Part shown: one piece after another, positions 11,975 through 24,695 of the stretch | How positions within the stretch are numbered: position 1 is the stretch's first letter | Layout of the letters: each line of letters starts with the position of its first letter | NCBI RefSeq assembly: GCF_030144855.1 | Contig: NC_082731.1 | Coordinates: forward strand, 21,514,001 to 21,578,000 | Source of the DNA: Hypanus sabinus | Lineage: Eukaryota | Direction of reading: 5' to 3' | Length of the DNA: 64,000 nucleotides | The notes under the pieces: model-generated | The model's database searches: none | Seen by the model: only the letters and a program-made list of their open reading frames with translations | What the model was told of the DNA's origin: nothing | Program-made: the position numbers and the translations under genes

Positions 11975-12838
11975 TGGGTTCACGTGAAGTGCTCGTATCT
12001 CGAACTAAATAATAGTGTTTGAACTGTTAAGACAAAGTAAAGGACAGTGTGACTACAATTGAGGGGTAGATGGTAGTTTAATAAGTCTTCTTTGAACCAT
12101 GAGTAGACTTTTTTCTGTTTGAACAGATTCCGAAGAAAGAATGATCATTTTTATATCATATTAATGTCCTATGTAAAACCGGCGTAAATAATGTAACGGA
12201 CAGGCTGCAACACTGTCTGGTATATGGGGGTGGGTGAGGACGGCTACTGAACCGGACCGAAATAAACTGCATAGGGTTGTAAGCTCCATCTTGGGTACGA
12301 GCCTGCATATATTCCGGAAGTGTCGTCTCGGAAAGGCAGCGTCAATTTTTCTAGTCCTTCAGCATCCAGGGCATGCCCTTTTCTCAATGCTACGATCAGG
12401 CAGGAGGTACAGACGGTGATGGCACACACTCAACAATGCATGATTATTCACGATTTTTAATCTATTCAATATAAATATAATGCCATTGATTTATTTATTT
12501 ATGAAATATTATTATGCTATTTGCTTTTTCCCGTTCTGCTATGCCGCATTGAACTGCTGCTGCTATGTTAACATATTTCATCTCAGCTTCCAGTAATAAT
12601 AAACCTGATTCTGTCTGTATGTAAGGCAAAGTAAACTAGTACTGTTCAGCGTAGTAGCAATGGAAGTTAATTTTAGCGCAGACTAAACACTGACATGTTC
12701 CTTCGTTTTTAGAAAGGGAGGCTTCTTTGTATCTTGGGTGACGCTACAAAGTAGCACACCAATTCCAGCACAATGAAGAAAAAAAGCAAAGTGTGAACCA
12801 AGTAAGATAAACAGAAGCATTATCACGGATATTTTCAT
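11975..12838 (-). pseudogene. TCR V relic A4, split by a Rex1 insertion
   Basis: Intact-looking leader MKISVIMLLFILL+G|GT (12799-12838), then S-V-T-Q-D. The 3' half lies beyond the insertion (L-T-V-Q-T-L, E/D-T motif near 12000). The two halves sum to about one V exon. Confidence 0.5.
12178..12620 (+). mobile_element. Rex1/Babar-type LINE 3' fragment
   Basis: C-terminal ORF motif KAASI...HPGHALFSMLRSGRRYR and an AATAAACCTGATTCTG tail. Partner at 30378-30832. Confidence 0.75.
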
Positions 12839-13940
12839 AGTCCTCGCCGGTTTAAAAAATAATTCAGCTGTTTTGTTTCTCGTTGAATATCATCATCATC
12901 ATAGGACATCACAGTAATGCAAGATTAGATTATCTTAATGCATAGCAAGGAGAGATAATTATCTTACCTCGAATTATGGCATAAACGGATGCAGGCTGAA
13001 CTACCATTGCTCATAGAACTGAAAAATAAACAGTAACTGGAGTTCCTGATAGGGTTTCTTGACTTTGGAAGTGGCACAACAAGTTATGCAATCATTCAAG
13101 GTAAGGTATTTTCATGAAGGTATATGCTTATCTGTGAGGCAGACACTACTAAAAAAAAGTAATTGAATATAGTACTTGGTTTCTTCAGTAATGACCGACT
13201 TACCATGATGTTGTTGAAATGTATTTTCTCCTATATGTAAACGATGCAGGTATTTGTGAGTGAGCAACTGAATGCACAACAAAAACATCAAAAGTCCAAC
13301 TTTCCGTGGATCACGCTCAATGCACCAATGTAAACTGTTTTTTTTTCTCTCAAAGGCACGGTAACGACCGAACAATCGCCCAAATACGGACACTTCGGAT
13401 CCTGAACTTCAGGTGACAACCATCAAATAATTAGAGAGACTGATGGAAAACATCCATGTAAACGTGCACGGGTATTTAAGATTTTGTGTGAAGCAAATAT
13501 TTAACAAATCCCAAGACATCAGTTCGTACATACGAGGTCGATTAGCCACTATGAGTATTTGTAGCAGTCTAAGGTTTCGCTTTCTGAGCAATTTGTTCTG
13601 GCCACCAATTTATCATCCATTTCCCATTGATTTATCTGGTGGGGTCCCTTATCCAGTTTGTTCACTTTATCCTATTGTTAGTTATTCAGAATGTGATTTC
13701 AATGCATCGCGTTGAGATGTCATTCGCATTGAAAACGTTTTCGGTTTAGTTTATCGTTTTGCTGCCATCTCTAATATACATTTTCTCCTTATTTTCTAAG
13801 ATCCATTTCTCCCTTCTTCTGTCCACTTGGCGATCGACCACAGCATATGGTTATAATTGTTCTGCAATATTTAATTTCTCGACTCGTGGTGCTCCAGGTT
13901 GCCGTCAGGTTTGCTTTATCTGGTGGTTTTGGCAGAGTTT

Positions 13941-14068
13941 TTTTTCTGTTCTCCACGATTCCTTAGCTGGCTAACTGTGGGTGGTAGAAGTGTAGCCTGA
14001 AATACTAATAAACTCAGTTTGACAGTCGATGATGTGATATGTGCAACAATGCTGCATGTCTCTATTAT
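13941..14068 (-). pseudogene. 23-RSS with only a 3' stub of V relic A5
   Basis: CACAGTT (13973-13979), 23-nt spacer, ACAGAAAAA (13941-13949), preceded by S-S-T-V-K-L-S. The rest of the exon was removed by a deletion of about 515 bp relative to unit B. Confidence 0.55.
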
Positions 14069-14399
14069 TTAACGGCTTTATTTGACCTGACAGTTATTGT
14101 TTTATAGTCCCTTCAAACCCTGTTCGTATTGATGGCACCGTACTATCGAACCGCTTTAGAGTATCTCTCACCGCACGGGTAATATCGGATCGGCATGTCT
14201 CGACAACAATAAATTTGTACCCAACAGAGAGGCGTTCGATGAATTTAGACATGATATTTATTAGTCAGGGATGGGATGGACTATTCATGTTTTGGGTGAA
14301 GCTAATGTGGAAATAATGCAGATAATCCCGTACCGACAAGCCCAGATTTAGCTGGTATAACCGTTGCTGCGGTCTATCAACAACATAACCAGATAATCC

Positions 14400-14690
14400 C
14401 ATCAGGTGACTGCGATTTCCGCTCTCATGGTCGACGTCCCCGAACTCACTGCGGACAGCCAGCTTCAGCTGACAGCCATTATGGTTCACACCAATTCAAT
14501 TCAACAGGCTTTGGCCGCGGAAATCCTACTGCCAGCAGTTCGCTTTTTTTTTCTATTCTGCGGATTCGCAATCTCTGCTGTTCATGTTCGCACTGCCGCG
14601 CCAGGACCAGAACTGACTCCCTTTTTCGATCTCCAACAGACTTCCGATTCCGGACGATCCCGGATTTCAGCGTATTCAGGTAGACCTGGA
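14400..14690 (+). mobile_element. 5' stub (gag-like) of the Gypsy element seen at 33180-36760
   Basis: Homologous to 33180-33440, which runs on into recognisable gag/pol. Truncated here at about 14690. Confidence 0.5.
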
Positions 14691-15088
14691 TACAATCATC
14701 AAAATTTTCCTGAATTAACTAAAGGCCTGGCTACGTTCATTACGTGTTCCAGAGACACTTTCCTGTCGTTATCAATATGGTAATGCCCATTTTGGCTGAT
14801 AAATTGACCTGTACTTTACCTGAGATAGACAAGTTTCATTCAGCAAAGTCGAGAACATACTAGAGAGGAGGGTTGCTGATACAGGACACGAACAAAGCCA
14901 AAAAAAAATCCTCAAAAGCAAAAAAAGGAAATCATATTTGCAGTTAACCCAAATTAAATCAAATAAACTTATTCTGAAGTCGGATTTATTCAGAAGTCAA
15001 AGGAAGTGAGAAGTCTGACCTCACTGATAACAGGGTTATTGATCAATGCAGTGATTTTTGTTATCATCAATCGTTAATAATCCTTGGA

Positions 15089-15460
15089 AACTATAACCTT
15101 ATTTTTTTCTTGTTCAATACAAACAATACTTCGAAAGCTTGTAAATAGCGCGTAAGGGGACGGAAATTTCTTCTGCCATGCAGACGATAATGATGCATGC
15201 AAGAGGCGGAGATAACGATAGCAAATCAGAAGTAAATGTATAGAATTCCATAGGAAAAGATGAAGTTGATTTTGTATCAATTTTGTTAATTCCAGGAAGA
15301 AGAGGGGAATCCCGTTTTAACTGAAACCGAACACTTAATTCGAGGGAGGAGAAGTAATTCACATAAAAATGACAAATATTTATTTTAGTCGACGATGAAT
15401 TCAGATGGATTTCCGTATATATTATTCGATAATAAGATACGATCATAATAAGATCAGAAA
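15089..15460 (-). pseudogene. Possible TCR V relic
   Basis: Largely open frame with INIC...(R for W)FQLKRDSPLL...SVPLR and a TATAGTT heptamer-like end. The W-to-end distance is about 40 nt too long. Confidence 0.3.
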
Positions 15461-15579
15461 CTGAAGCTGAAATAGTCCACCTTGTCAATGAAATCTGTTA
15501 CACCACTTCATCTTGGATCAACCATTTACCCACTTAGTTCGTAAAATCGGACTTCACGTCCATACTACTCAAAAATGCA

Positions 15580-15830
15580 TCAGCCTCTACCTTACAGAGA
15601 TGCAATTACTTGGCGTCCAAACCAGCCGGCGCTGACGAATTCCACAGATACACCACTGACGAATTGATTTCCTCCTCATCTCCCTTCTAAAAGGACACCA
15701 CTCTGTTCTGTGGCTGTTCCTTGCTGTCAAGGTCTGCTCCTCCACGCAAATCATCTTCTCCAATTCTACGCTATAGAGGCCTTTAAACATTCGATAGGTC
15801 TCAATGAGATTTCCCCTCATCCACTCAACC
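15580..15830 (-). mobile_element. CR1 ORF2 3' fragment
   Basis: MRGNLIETYRMFKG motif (CR1 C-terminal RGDLIE.YKI). Confidence 0.75.
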
Positions 15831-16024
15831 TAACACTCCGCCCCTTTCTGTTTAACTAAAGAATGTGTAAGCATATGACAGAGTATTTTCTGCGCTATTG
15901 ATATCCGATAATCTGTTGTATTTTTTTTTTGTCGTGTTACTTTGGAGTTCAATACTTTGAGGCAACGTAGGCTATCGTCATCTAAGTCCTTCTCACAACC
16001 AAATACGTCAAATCTCGTAAATAT

Positions 16025-16234
16025 CCAGGTGAATCCCGTTAAACAAAAATACATCAGATCTCCGAAACCATGAGCAGTTCATGCTACCTTTCACTGTAAA
16101 GTCGGAAATGAACGGTTTATTAAAGCAGGGAGTCGTGGGAGCACATATGGTACCATAAAATCCGTTTTATTTTTATTAAGTGCAGATTTAGATTTAATTC
16201 AACCAGTATTTGATATTACTAAATCTGTTTACTG
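16025..16234 (-). pseudogene. TCR V relic (internally deleted)
   Basis: I-L-W-Y-H-M-C-S-H-D-S-L (TGG TAC intact at 16155) and D-x-M-Y-F-C-L (Cys at 16043-16045), followed by CACCTGG. About 70 nt missing between Trp and Cys104. Confidence 0.45.
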
Positions 16235-16339
16235 CTACAAGTAGGTTGTTGAAGTATAGACCAATTTTAACTCTTGTAATTTTGTCAAACTTTCCCTCTT
16301 CTCCCATAACTGGAAGTTAGGAAATTCCTTTGAGTTCAT

Positions 16340-16900
16340 TCGATCTCATTGTTACAAGAATGCTCTGAATAAGAAGTTAGTTAGTCTCCAGTTGGAGTTC
16401 TGTGTTCAGTTCTGCTCAGCACATTACAGGAAGGATGAGGAATCTATAGCGAGACGCAGAGGATATGTACAATGATGTTGCCTGGAGTGCAGAGCATGTC
16501 TTATGAGAATTGTTTCAGTAAACGTGACCTTTACAGCGACGGAGAATGAGAGATAACCTGATAGAAGTGTATAAGATGATGAGAGGCATTGATCTGGTAG
16601 AGAGCTACAAGCCTTGTTCCTTGTGCGGATATGGATAACGCGAGGGAGCATTGGTTTAAAGTGCAGGGAACATCAGAGCAAAGAATGTCACACAGAGAGT
16701 GGTGGGTGCGTGGAAGGCGCTGCCAGCGTTGTTGGTAGAGACAAATAAATAAGATTTTTTTAAGAGGTTCTCAGAAGATGGAGTATTTAATAAAAAAGAG
16801 GACAAGGTGGTAAGGAAATACTACGCGACATGTAGCTTACATGGTTGGCTCCGCATTGTGGTCGAAGGCCCTATAATGTGCTGTAGTTATTCTTTAATTT
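16340..16900 (+). mobile_element. CR1 3' fragment
   Basis: CVQFCSAHYRKD...RRGYVQ...LPG motif and a CR1-type 3' UTR. Confidence 0.7.
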
Positions 16901-19432
16901 CTGTTTCTCTAGTTTCTAGTTATCACAATCAGCTTTAATAATCTCCATTTTCGTCTTTTCCGCAATCACGGCGGCTGCTGTCATCATAACAAAAAAATAG
17001 AAAAAGAAACGCTGACTGAGAAATGATGTCACGTGAAGGAGTGGTATAAGACGCTCCACACAATGCTTCGTGTTTTCGTCATCCAAACTGTAACTAGAAT
17101 GAGAGTTGATGCACAATTATCTGTTCCTCCTCGATAACCGTACGGTGTTAAGAAATAACACACAGCGGGTCAAAAGCAACAATATCTAAGTAAACTCAGT
17201 GCAGTCAGGATAAATTAACGTGAAACTGCAATTGTGATCGAAACAGTGGCAGAAACAAATCTAATTTGAATCACCATAGGTTTCATCTGCAAAATCAAAG
17301 TCAAAAATGCAAGTTGTGATTAGCACATGATCAAAGTTCTTTTTCAACCAATGTTCAAAAATAACTGCAATCCAAAATTATTATTCACGAACAACACAAA
17401 GCAACATAACAGCACAACAGTCACAGTTGACGCTCCGCTCTGCACAGAGAGCCGAGGAATTTGATCGTGGTCTCCCACAAAGTTCCCACCATTGATCTGC
17501 TGGCATGCATCATGATGCTATTACAGGGTAAACATATATATGCTTCTCTCTCGTTCCCAGCACATTCTCTGTAGTACCGATTTTCATTGTTTGCTTTATT
17601 CACTGAATATTTCCGCCGTGCTGTTCAACTCTGTCATACACTCATCCGACCTCCAAAATTATGTAGCTGATAACTTGAAAGAGAAATGAAACCACTGAAA
17701 AAATACGTAGTAATGAAGGTTCGCAATGAAGTGAAGCAACAGCACCAGAGATGCACTAAAGTGGAGAGTGTGGCAGAACAAAAATGAGGGACGGAATCTG
17801 AAATAGCAGAATTAGCCAATGGGAAGTAAACAATAAATCCTTTGAGAGATCTCTACCTTGACTTCAAGTATTGTTAAAACGTGTCCGACCGTTGATGAAT
17901 AATATTGAAATGGTGAAAAAAACCGTTGGCATTTTGTCTGGGATGTGTTGTACGTGGGTACTTACAAGATGGATTAACCAGAACTCACTTCTGCTCCTTT
18001 TTGGCTGCCTCTAAAATATTGAACGCTCACTGTCTGCATTCCATGCTCTTGAATTGGAGAACCGTCCGGCAAATATCAGCAGAAACTAAAATATTATCGT
18101 CGTCACTGACTGGACAATATTCGTTGATGACATATTGAATTGGCAGAAGCAATTCCATGAATCCTTAGTGAACCGGCAAGCACGAAGATCAATGCTGAAC
18201 CTTGTCAAATATAACTATCACAATTACTTCAATAGAAATCGTTAGAAGGAATAGCTTCGAGACGTTAACTGAGGAAGATGTAATGTTTCCTCGGTATATC
18301 GGCAAAATGAATTTTCGGGAAAAAGTGGCACGAGAGCGAAGAAGTAATATATGATGAAAATGATACAAAATCAGAAAGGGACCGCGGCATCTGGAGGAAA
18401 ACTGTAAGAACAGTCTTTACTTTAGATCTTACATTTTGTGCATAATTAACCTTTTAATATACTTAAACCCATTACTTTCAGGGGGCATAGGCAGCAGGCA
18501 GCAGCCCAGTATGATTTTCCACCCTGAACTAGTCATTAAGGCAGCCATTTTCCTGGTATCCGTGGTCCTCTTGGAGCTCAGCTTAACTCTTTTTATTTTC
18601 ATCTGGCCTCTGCAGTTCTAGTCTCATGCCTACCGCATCGGACCGTCAATGGCCAAATTGTTTCCTTCCCTCTATCGCTATCCCTCTTTTGTGTAACACT
18701 AACCCAATAGGCTGGTATATGTCTCGGTGAAAAGGAGATCCAGCCACTCACCAACCCCAAGTCCCGTACACGCAGGTGCTGTGACAATTAAGTTTATGCC
18801 GCGCGCACACGCACCATATCAAACTCACAACAGATAGCGATATCGAATACACTTTAAAGATTTTACTAAAACTAAAAGATTACTATGTAAAACAATACAT
18901 ATGAAGGAAAAGAAAATGAAGTAAAAGGCGCCAACTTATCAAAGTTCAGTCAGTTTTGTGCACATCGTGGGAGCTCAAACATCGAACCATTCTACCCCTA
19001 GTTACTTTCCTCCGACCTCCACGTCCGTGTACCTGGAACCACCCTGGTGGTCGACCGAGCAGTGCAGCGCACGTCCACGTTCCTCGGCTTCTTCTTCCCG
19101 TCTCGCCTGAAAAGACCGTGAAAACCCCCTAGATCCCAAACTCACAAGACAAAATAACATTCCACATTGGTTGGCAATGATTACAATCCCGATATCAGCA
19201 AGTCTAAAGTTAAACAAGTGCGAGAGAATGCACTTATCATACAAAGAAGCATTCCTACTCTTAACGAAACAAAGAAGCCATTTTGATCTACTTACACAGT
19301 ACATTGTATATTTGGAACGAACATCTTATTATTCTTCTCACTTAATGCTGGTTTTGATGTATTGGCCGCTCCTTGGTCAGACAATAATAGGAGACTGCAC
19401 TTGACTGATGTGGAATATACCTATATTATACA

Positions 19433-19783
19433 GTGGATTGCGAAATACGTTCAGCTGAGTACCGGATGTGGGGTCAGAAAACCACAGCCGTGCACATAAC
19501 AATATTGTCAGATATGTGTCAACTGTAGTAAAAATTGACATAAACTTGTGTAACTTTCATGGCCGCCTAACTTGGAAAGTATAAGCTTCAGCTTATTTTC
19601 ATGTCACCATCCAAATCAACATGTCCTCCTACTTTTCACGGCCAGTGGATTCCAAATTATATCAATAGTATGCAAGAGAGATTCCACAGATTCTGGAAAT
19701 GCAAGCAAGGTGTTGTGTCATAATGGTGAAGTTGAAGTCTGTGCCTATATACTTCGTTGTCTATCCAAAACTTCATGAACAGG
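19433..19783 (-). pseudogene. TCR V relic with decayed RSS
   Basis: Acceptor TGCTTTGTAG at 19784, 313 nt to T-A-V-V-F-(C)...T-P, then CACATCC (19464-19470), 22-nt spacer and GCAATCCAC. The heptamer and nonamer resemble those of V3 and V1. Confidence 0.4.
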
Positions 19784-21049
19784 CTACAAAGCACAACGCC
19801 GTTGTTAATAATAATACTCCAGTGCAGAAGGTGTTTCAGTCTTTCTAAACTCCAAGAAGTATCTCAGAGGTTCCCTAATCCAGGCTTGTGGAAAACCATA
19901 CCATTGAAGTTTATCATATCGTTGGAATAATACTGATTTCACTAACTCTCTTCCGAGTTCTTTCCAGCAAATTTGAACATCGAGTAAATATTTATTTCTC
20001 AGGTTCTGGTTGCCAAAACGAATCGTCCTTCAGTTTTTGATGAAACTTGCAAGGAACAGTATTTTTCATTTGAAGACACTGCTTTGCAGAATGCACCATG
20101 TATAGAACAAAGACTGCTAGTTTATTTAAGAATTTCTTTTTTATTTTAACTGCTAAGGCTAATAAAATGTGTTCTCTGTAGTTTTAAAACAAAATGTCTT
20201 CTGTGTAATGTTAACTGCTGAGGTATTGGGTTTTCTGTAGCAGCATGTTTCGATTATCGGTAATGATAACGGGATTTTGCTATTCAATGCTAAACAATGG
20301 AAGACATTCTATTCTTTCTTCTCTGTGTGGAAGCTGTTAGTTTTCGCGGGCTTTGAGGAGAAGGCGTGAGGAGGATGAAGAGAGATTACGCAACCTGAGG
20401 AGTCGTTGGGTTGCGGAACACTCTTGGCTCTGGGTGGGAAACCAGAGGTCGCCGACGATCGAAGTAGGATCAGCGAAGGAAAATCCGTGAGCTCGAACAA
20501 CTTGTGCACTGGACTGTTTAGTAAGATTATTGGCCTCTTTAATTTAATATTTTATTTCTCTATTGGTCTCATATTCAAAGTAGGATTTATAAAACCTTAC
20601 CGATCCCTGAACCATTTGTAAACTTGGAAGCAAACAAACCTATTCCATCACACAAATCATTGATATGCAGCATTAAAAAATAAACACCCAATCCTCTAAC
20701 TACGCCTGTAACGTTCCTGTAACATCGCGGGCTCTGAACCTGGCAAGCATCCGTTTTTGTGTCACCTTGTCGAATGACATTTGGAAGTACGAAAAAATAC
20801 AATGTCCAGTGCATCGTGTTTATCAATCATACGTATAAACTCCTCACAGAATTCCACTAAGCTCCACAGTCAGGACTTTTCCTTAATGAAACATGATGTC
20901 TTTTCCTATGTTTTACTCTGTCTTCTAGTATTCCTCATCATTATAAAAAATCTTTCCAAACATTAGTTTCAGGCTAAATGAACTATAACGTCCTTTCCGC
21001 AGACTTCTCCTTTCTTAACATGTGGAGTGACATTTGCAATTTTCCAGTA

Positions 21050-21268
21050 AACATAGAAACATAGAAAAGACGTGCAGGAGTAGACCATTCGGACCTTCGA
21101 GCCTGCACCGCCATTCAGGATGATCATGGCAGATCATCAAACTCAGAACCCTGTTCCTGCTTTCTGCCCATACCCGCTGATCTCTTTAGCCACAAGGGCC
21201 ATATCTAACTTCCTCTTAAATATAGGCAATGAACCGGCCTCAACTGTTTCCTGTGGCAGAGAATTCCA
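21050..21268 (-). mobile_element. Young CR1 3'-end insertion specific to unit B
   Basis: (AAACATAG)n tail on the + strand and a CR1 3' UTR, flanked by CAGTA at 21045-21049 and 21269-21273. The empty site is at about 3705 in unit A. Confidence 0.85.
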
Positions 21269-23654
21269 CAGTACTCTGAAACCATGCCAGCGTCCAATAT
21301 TTTTTTGAAATATCATTACAAGTGCCTCCACAATCTCTACCGCTACCTCTGTTAGAACCCTGGAACGCAGCTCATCTGGCCCAGGTGACTTAACTACCCT
21401 TATGTCATTCAACTTTTTGAGCACCATCTTCCTTCTCAGAGTAACTGCGCTCACTACTTTTGCTAACATCCTTCAGCAGCTGCTATTGTCTTCCACGGTT
21501 GTAACTGGTGCAACATGCTAATATAATTCTCTGTCATCTCTTTGGACGCGTTATTATCTTCCCGGTCGCATTTTCTAGCGGTCCTATATCCACACTCACC
21601 ACGGTTCTATATTTTATATCGTTTCCGACTTTAGCAATCCACGTTCATAGTATCTGCAAGCTAGATTTCATATTTCACCTTTTCGCTTCTAACGATTTTA
21701 GTTACTCTCTATAGTGATATAAAAATGTCATTATCCTCTATCTTCCCGCTAATATTTATTTTGCTTTATGCCATTCGCATTGTACCTACAATAGTTTTGA
21801 CTTCAGATTACACACAATCTCCCGAGAACTTTGCTGCCTGCCAGCATATTCTTACAACTTGCTTTGGCAACTCCTCTATTACACTAATGCAACTTCCTTT
21901 ACCCCACTGAAATGGGGTCACGTCAAGGCCAAAAAGCTAAAGATAGGGCGTATAATAGATGAATGATATTAAGCGCGGACATAAGAAATAAAAAGAGAAT
22001 CGACCGGGCAGAATGTCCTAGGAAAACTCTAAGCTCAATTTTCTCTCATTGAATGTCAATAATAAAATGCCAAGGCCCCCTCTATGTGAGAAACCAATCG
22101 TTTCGGAATGAGAAAAGGAAACAAACTCACTGAGAGATCTCTAAATGTCGAATCTGTTCTGCGTTGGCTTCAATGTTTATCTAACATATGTTTCCGTAGT
22201 GAGAATATCAAGAATTCTTAAGTATCATATAGGCAAAGGGTATTTTGGCAAATAATTCACTATCAGCTTCACTCTTTTTATCGGCCCTGCTCATTTTCGG
22301 CGTTTTATACTGTGATAACATCATTTTTAATTTTCCAATTTGTGCTCTTGAACCAACAGCATTTGTTTCTATAACCCTGTCTGACAGCATGTCTTACATA
22401 TCAACCATAACCTATCTATGAATAATAAGAGCTACCCTCCAGTTCGCTTTGGAATATTCATCCTATCATCTCAAGCACCGGCTCTAAATCGTTTAAGAAT
22501 TCGGAAGCATGCGACAACGTATGTTGCACTCCTTATTTCGCTGATATTTTAAAATATATTTGGCCCTTTACTCCGTAGTTCCTGCTTCTTCAAATGAAAA
22601 CATCCTAACACTTCCATTGTGGCCAGGCTGCTAAATTATCGTAATCAAAGGAACATTGCAGGCAAACCAATTTTTCGAAAAAAAAAGCAAGGACGGGGAG
22701 GGAAAATGCCGATTCATGCGCTATGCCTTTGGATTCTATGTTGACGAAGTCTTAAATTCTAAAGAAGATCATAAAATGTGTCTGATGGATCAAACTGCGT
22801 GGTATATCACCATTGGAACCTAATAGAGAGTTCACCTAGTATGTTCCAAGACTTGCTTCCGATCATGTCTAATCTCCGCAGCGAGTTGAAGGTGAAAATA
22901 CGTAAATGTTCAATTCGATTGTGAAGCGCACACACTCACGAAATTGGACATATCAGTCCTAGCTTATGATTTAGTTAAAGTCAATTTATTTCACCACCGA
23001 AGCGCAATCATGGGCTATCGATCTGCAGCTCTCATTGAAATCAAAATAAAGCATTAGATATTCTCGTTTTATCCTACTCACAAACTTGTTTTTACATTTC
23101 AGTTTTCCTTTTTTCTTCTCATTTCTTTTATATAGTTGATTGAACTCAGTATATTCTTCTATACTTACTTATTATATCCTTCATTCTAAGGCTGACCTAA
23201 TTTTTTTTTAAATACGAAATACAGAATGACGGTAATATTAAAACTGACTTAATTCTGATTTTACTTTTATATGCTATATTCGTAGTTGAGTCATTCTCGA
23301 AAGAAAATGACTTTGCAATCAGCGCTCATCAGGAATTCGCTTTAATTAAACATAGGATGTGGAAACCCATGCGAGTCAAAGTAAACTGGCTTAACGACTT
23401 CAGGTCAGATAAACATTCGCAAATATCATGCACAGTCCAGCTGGGCTCATACATTTACTAAATGGGCTCCAGTTCATGATGCAAAATAGCAAAAATAATC
23501 GGAGAACAATTTCCTCGTGATGTTGTTGATGATAATAATACCGTTTTTTTTAAAGCGATACAGCACTCTTTCGAATTCGCGGTAATTAAGGTCAATATCA
23601 GAACATACACGATAATAAGAAGACATGATATTATAATATTATACATAATATGAG

Positions 23655-23741
23655 TCCTGATGCAGGGTCTCGGCCCGAAACGCCGACGGTGGTTCTCCTG
23701 AGAGATGCTGCCTGTGTTCGACCAACATTTTGTGTGTGTTG
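23655..23741 (+). mobile_element. Short Penelope-derived/SINE-like repeat
   Basis: CCTGATGCAGGGTCTCGGCCCGAAAC...GATGCTGCCTG...CATTTTGTGTGTGTTG. Related copies at 37112-37200 (minus strand), 59420-59542 and 62494-62590. Confidence 0.65.
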
Positions 23742-24015
23742 TTATACTATGCATTTTATGTCTTTTAAGTCAAGAGGAACACTGCATATAATATTATAGT
23801 ATATATTTTTCGGATTTCGACTGTTCAAGTCACTGACACTTTGGCAAGCCTTGGCATTAACCGAGAATTTTTTATGAAAAATATTTCTGTATTCCCGTGG
23901 CCTATTTCCCGTTAAATTGTCCCCAGTGTTTTTGACAGTCGTCACACACAGGGTTTGTATGACGTTATGAGTGGTGTTAATATTATTTCCTGAAACGGTT
24001 AATGTCAGCTGTGCC

Positions 24016-24342
24016 ATTTGTGAGCAAAGCAAAAGTTACGCTCGTTCTGCGAACTACATCTTCCTCGATAGTTCAGAGCTACTAACAAGAGGGAGCGGCA
24101 AATTAAAATGTAATTTCGTTTTGTAAAAGAACAGCCACTTATTTGTTATTTGAGATCGTTGTGTACAATCCGGCAGAGTTAGACTGCACTTACTTAGTAA
24201 ACCATACGAGGGCGCTGAGACATAGACTAAAAAAATGTGAGTAGTGAAAAACAATATAATAATATATCTTCACGTGAAAAACTGCAGTTAATAATAAATT
24301 GTGATATTTTAACACAATAATATATTGGAGAATAATCCACAT
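24016..24342 (-). pseudogene. TCR V relic B1 (paralog of A1)
   Basis: Leader-like MWIILQYIIVL (ATG 24342), strong acceptor CATTTTTTTAG at 24227, in-frame SLTLPDCT...LFFYK, F-C-(A)-L, heptamer CACAAAT (24016-24022). Confidence 0.45.
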
Positions 24343-24656
24343 TTCACTCCAGTATCCGTATCCACCTCAAAGCAAGGGAAAGATGATCTTCGAAATAGTG
24401 AGAGAAGTAAGAAACAACGGAAGGTTGTCGTTTCTATTGTGGTATGAAAAACTATAGAAGGGATTTTGGTCGCTGTATGTGCGGAAGAACAAATTGAAAA
24501 TTAATAGGGTGAAGGCGACACAATCTAATGGATAATTACGTCTCAGTCTATGTCTCAGGAAACGTAGTGAAATTTGGAAATTTGTTTGGTCAGCCAAGGA
24601 CCTACAGACGCTCAGAAAGCGGCGATTACACTCAGCAGCCACTAGGGAACTAAGCT

Positions 24657-24695
24657 AGTTATTGCACAGGTTCAGACTACTTCTGTACCCCTGTG
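24657..24695 (-). other. 23-bp-spacer RSS of V2
   Basis: CACAGGG (24689-24695), 23-nt spacer, GCAATAACT (24657-24665). Confidence 0.9.

Larger units (their letters stand above)
1..14690. repeat. Segmental duplication unit A (tandem partner at about 20116-33440)
   Basis: Colinear similarity throughout: 1-480 vs 20116-20590, 3280-4240 vs 20610-21900, V gene 6411-7274 vs 24657-25517 (offset about 18245), 14400-14690 vs 33180-33440. Roughly 80% identity by eye outside the conserved islands. The left end may extend beyond the window. Confidence 0.93.

Noticed and set aside
17398-17678. Faint V-like traces (RYYR, D-x-A-V-Y..A-L) on the minus strand, and a leader-like LLACIMMLLQG|GT on the plus strand
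   Set aside because: Needs several assumed indels, has no RSS, and no V exon follows on the plus strand.
18500-19420. GC-richer block that looks like an interspersed (LTR-like) repeat
   Set aside because: No diagnostic termini, TSD or coding motif could be established without a repeat library.
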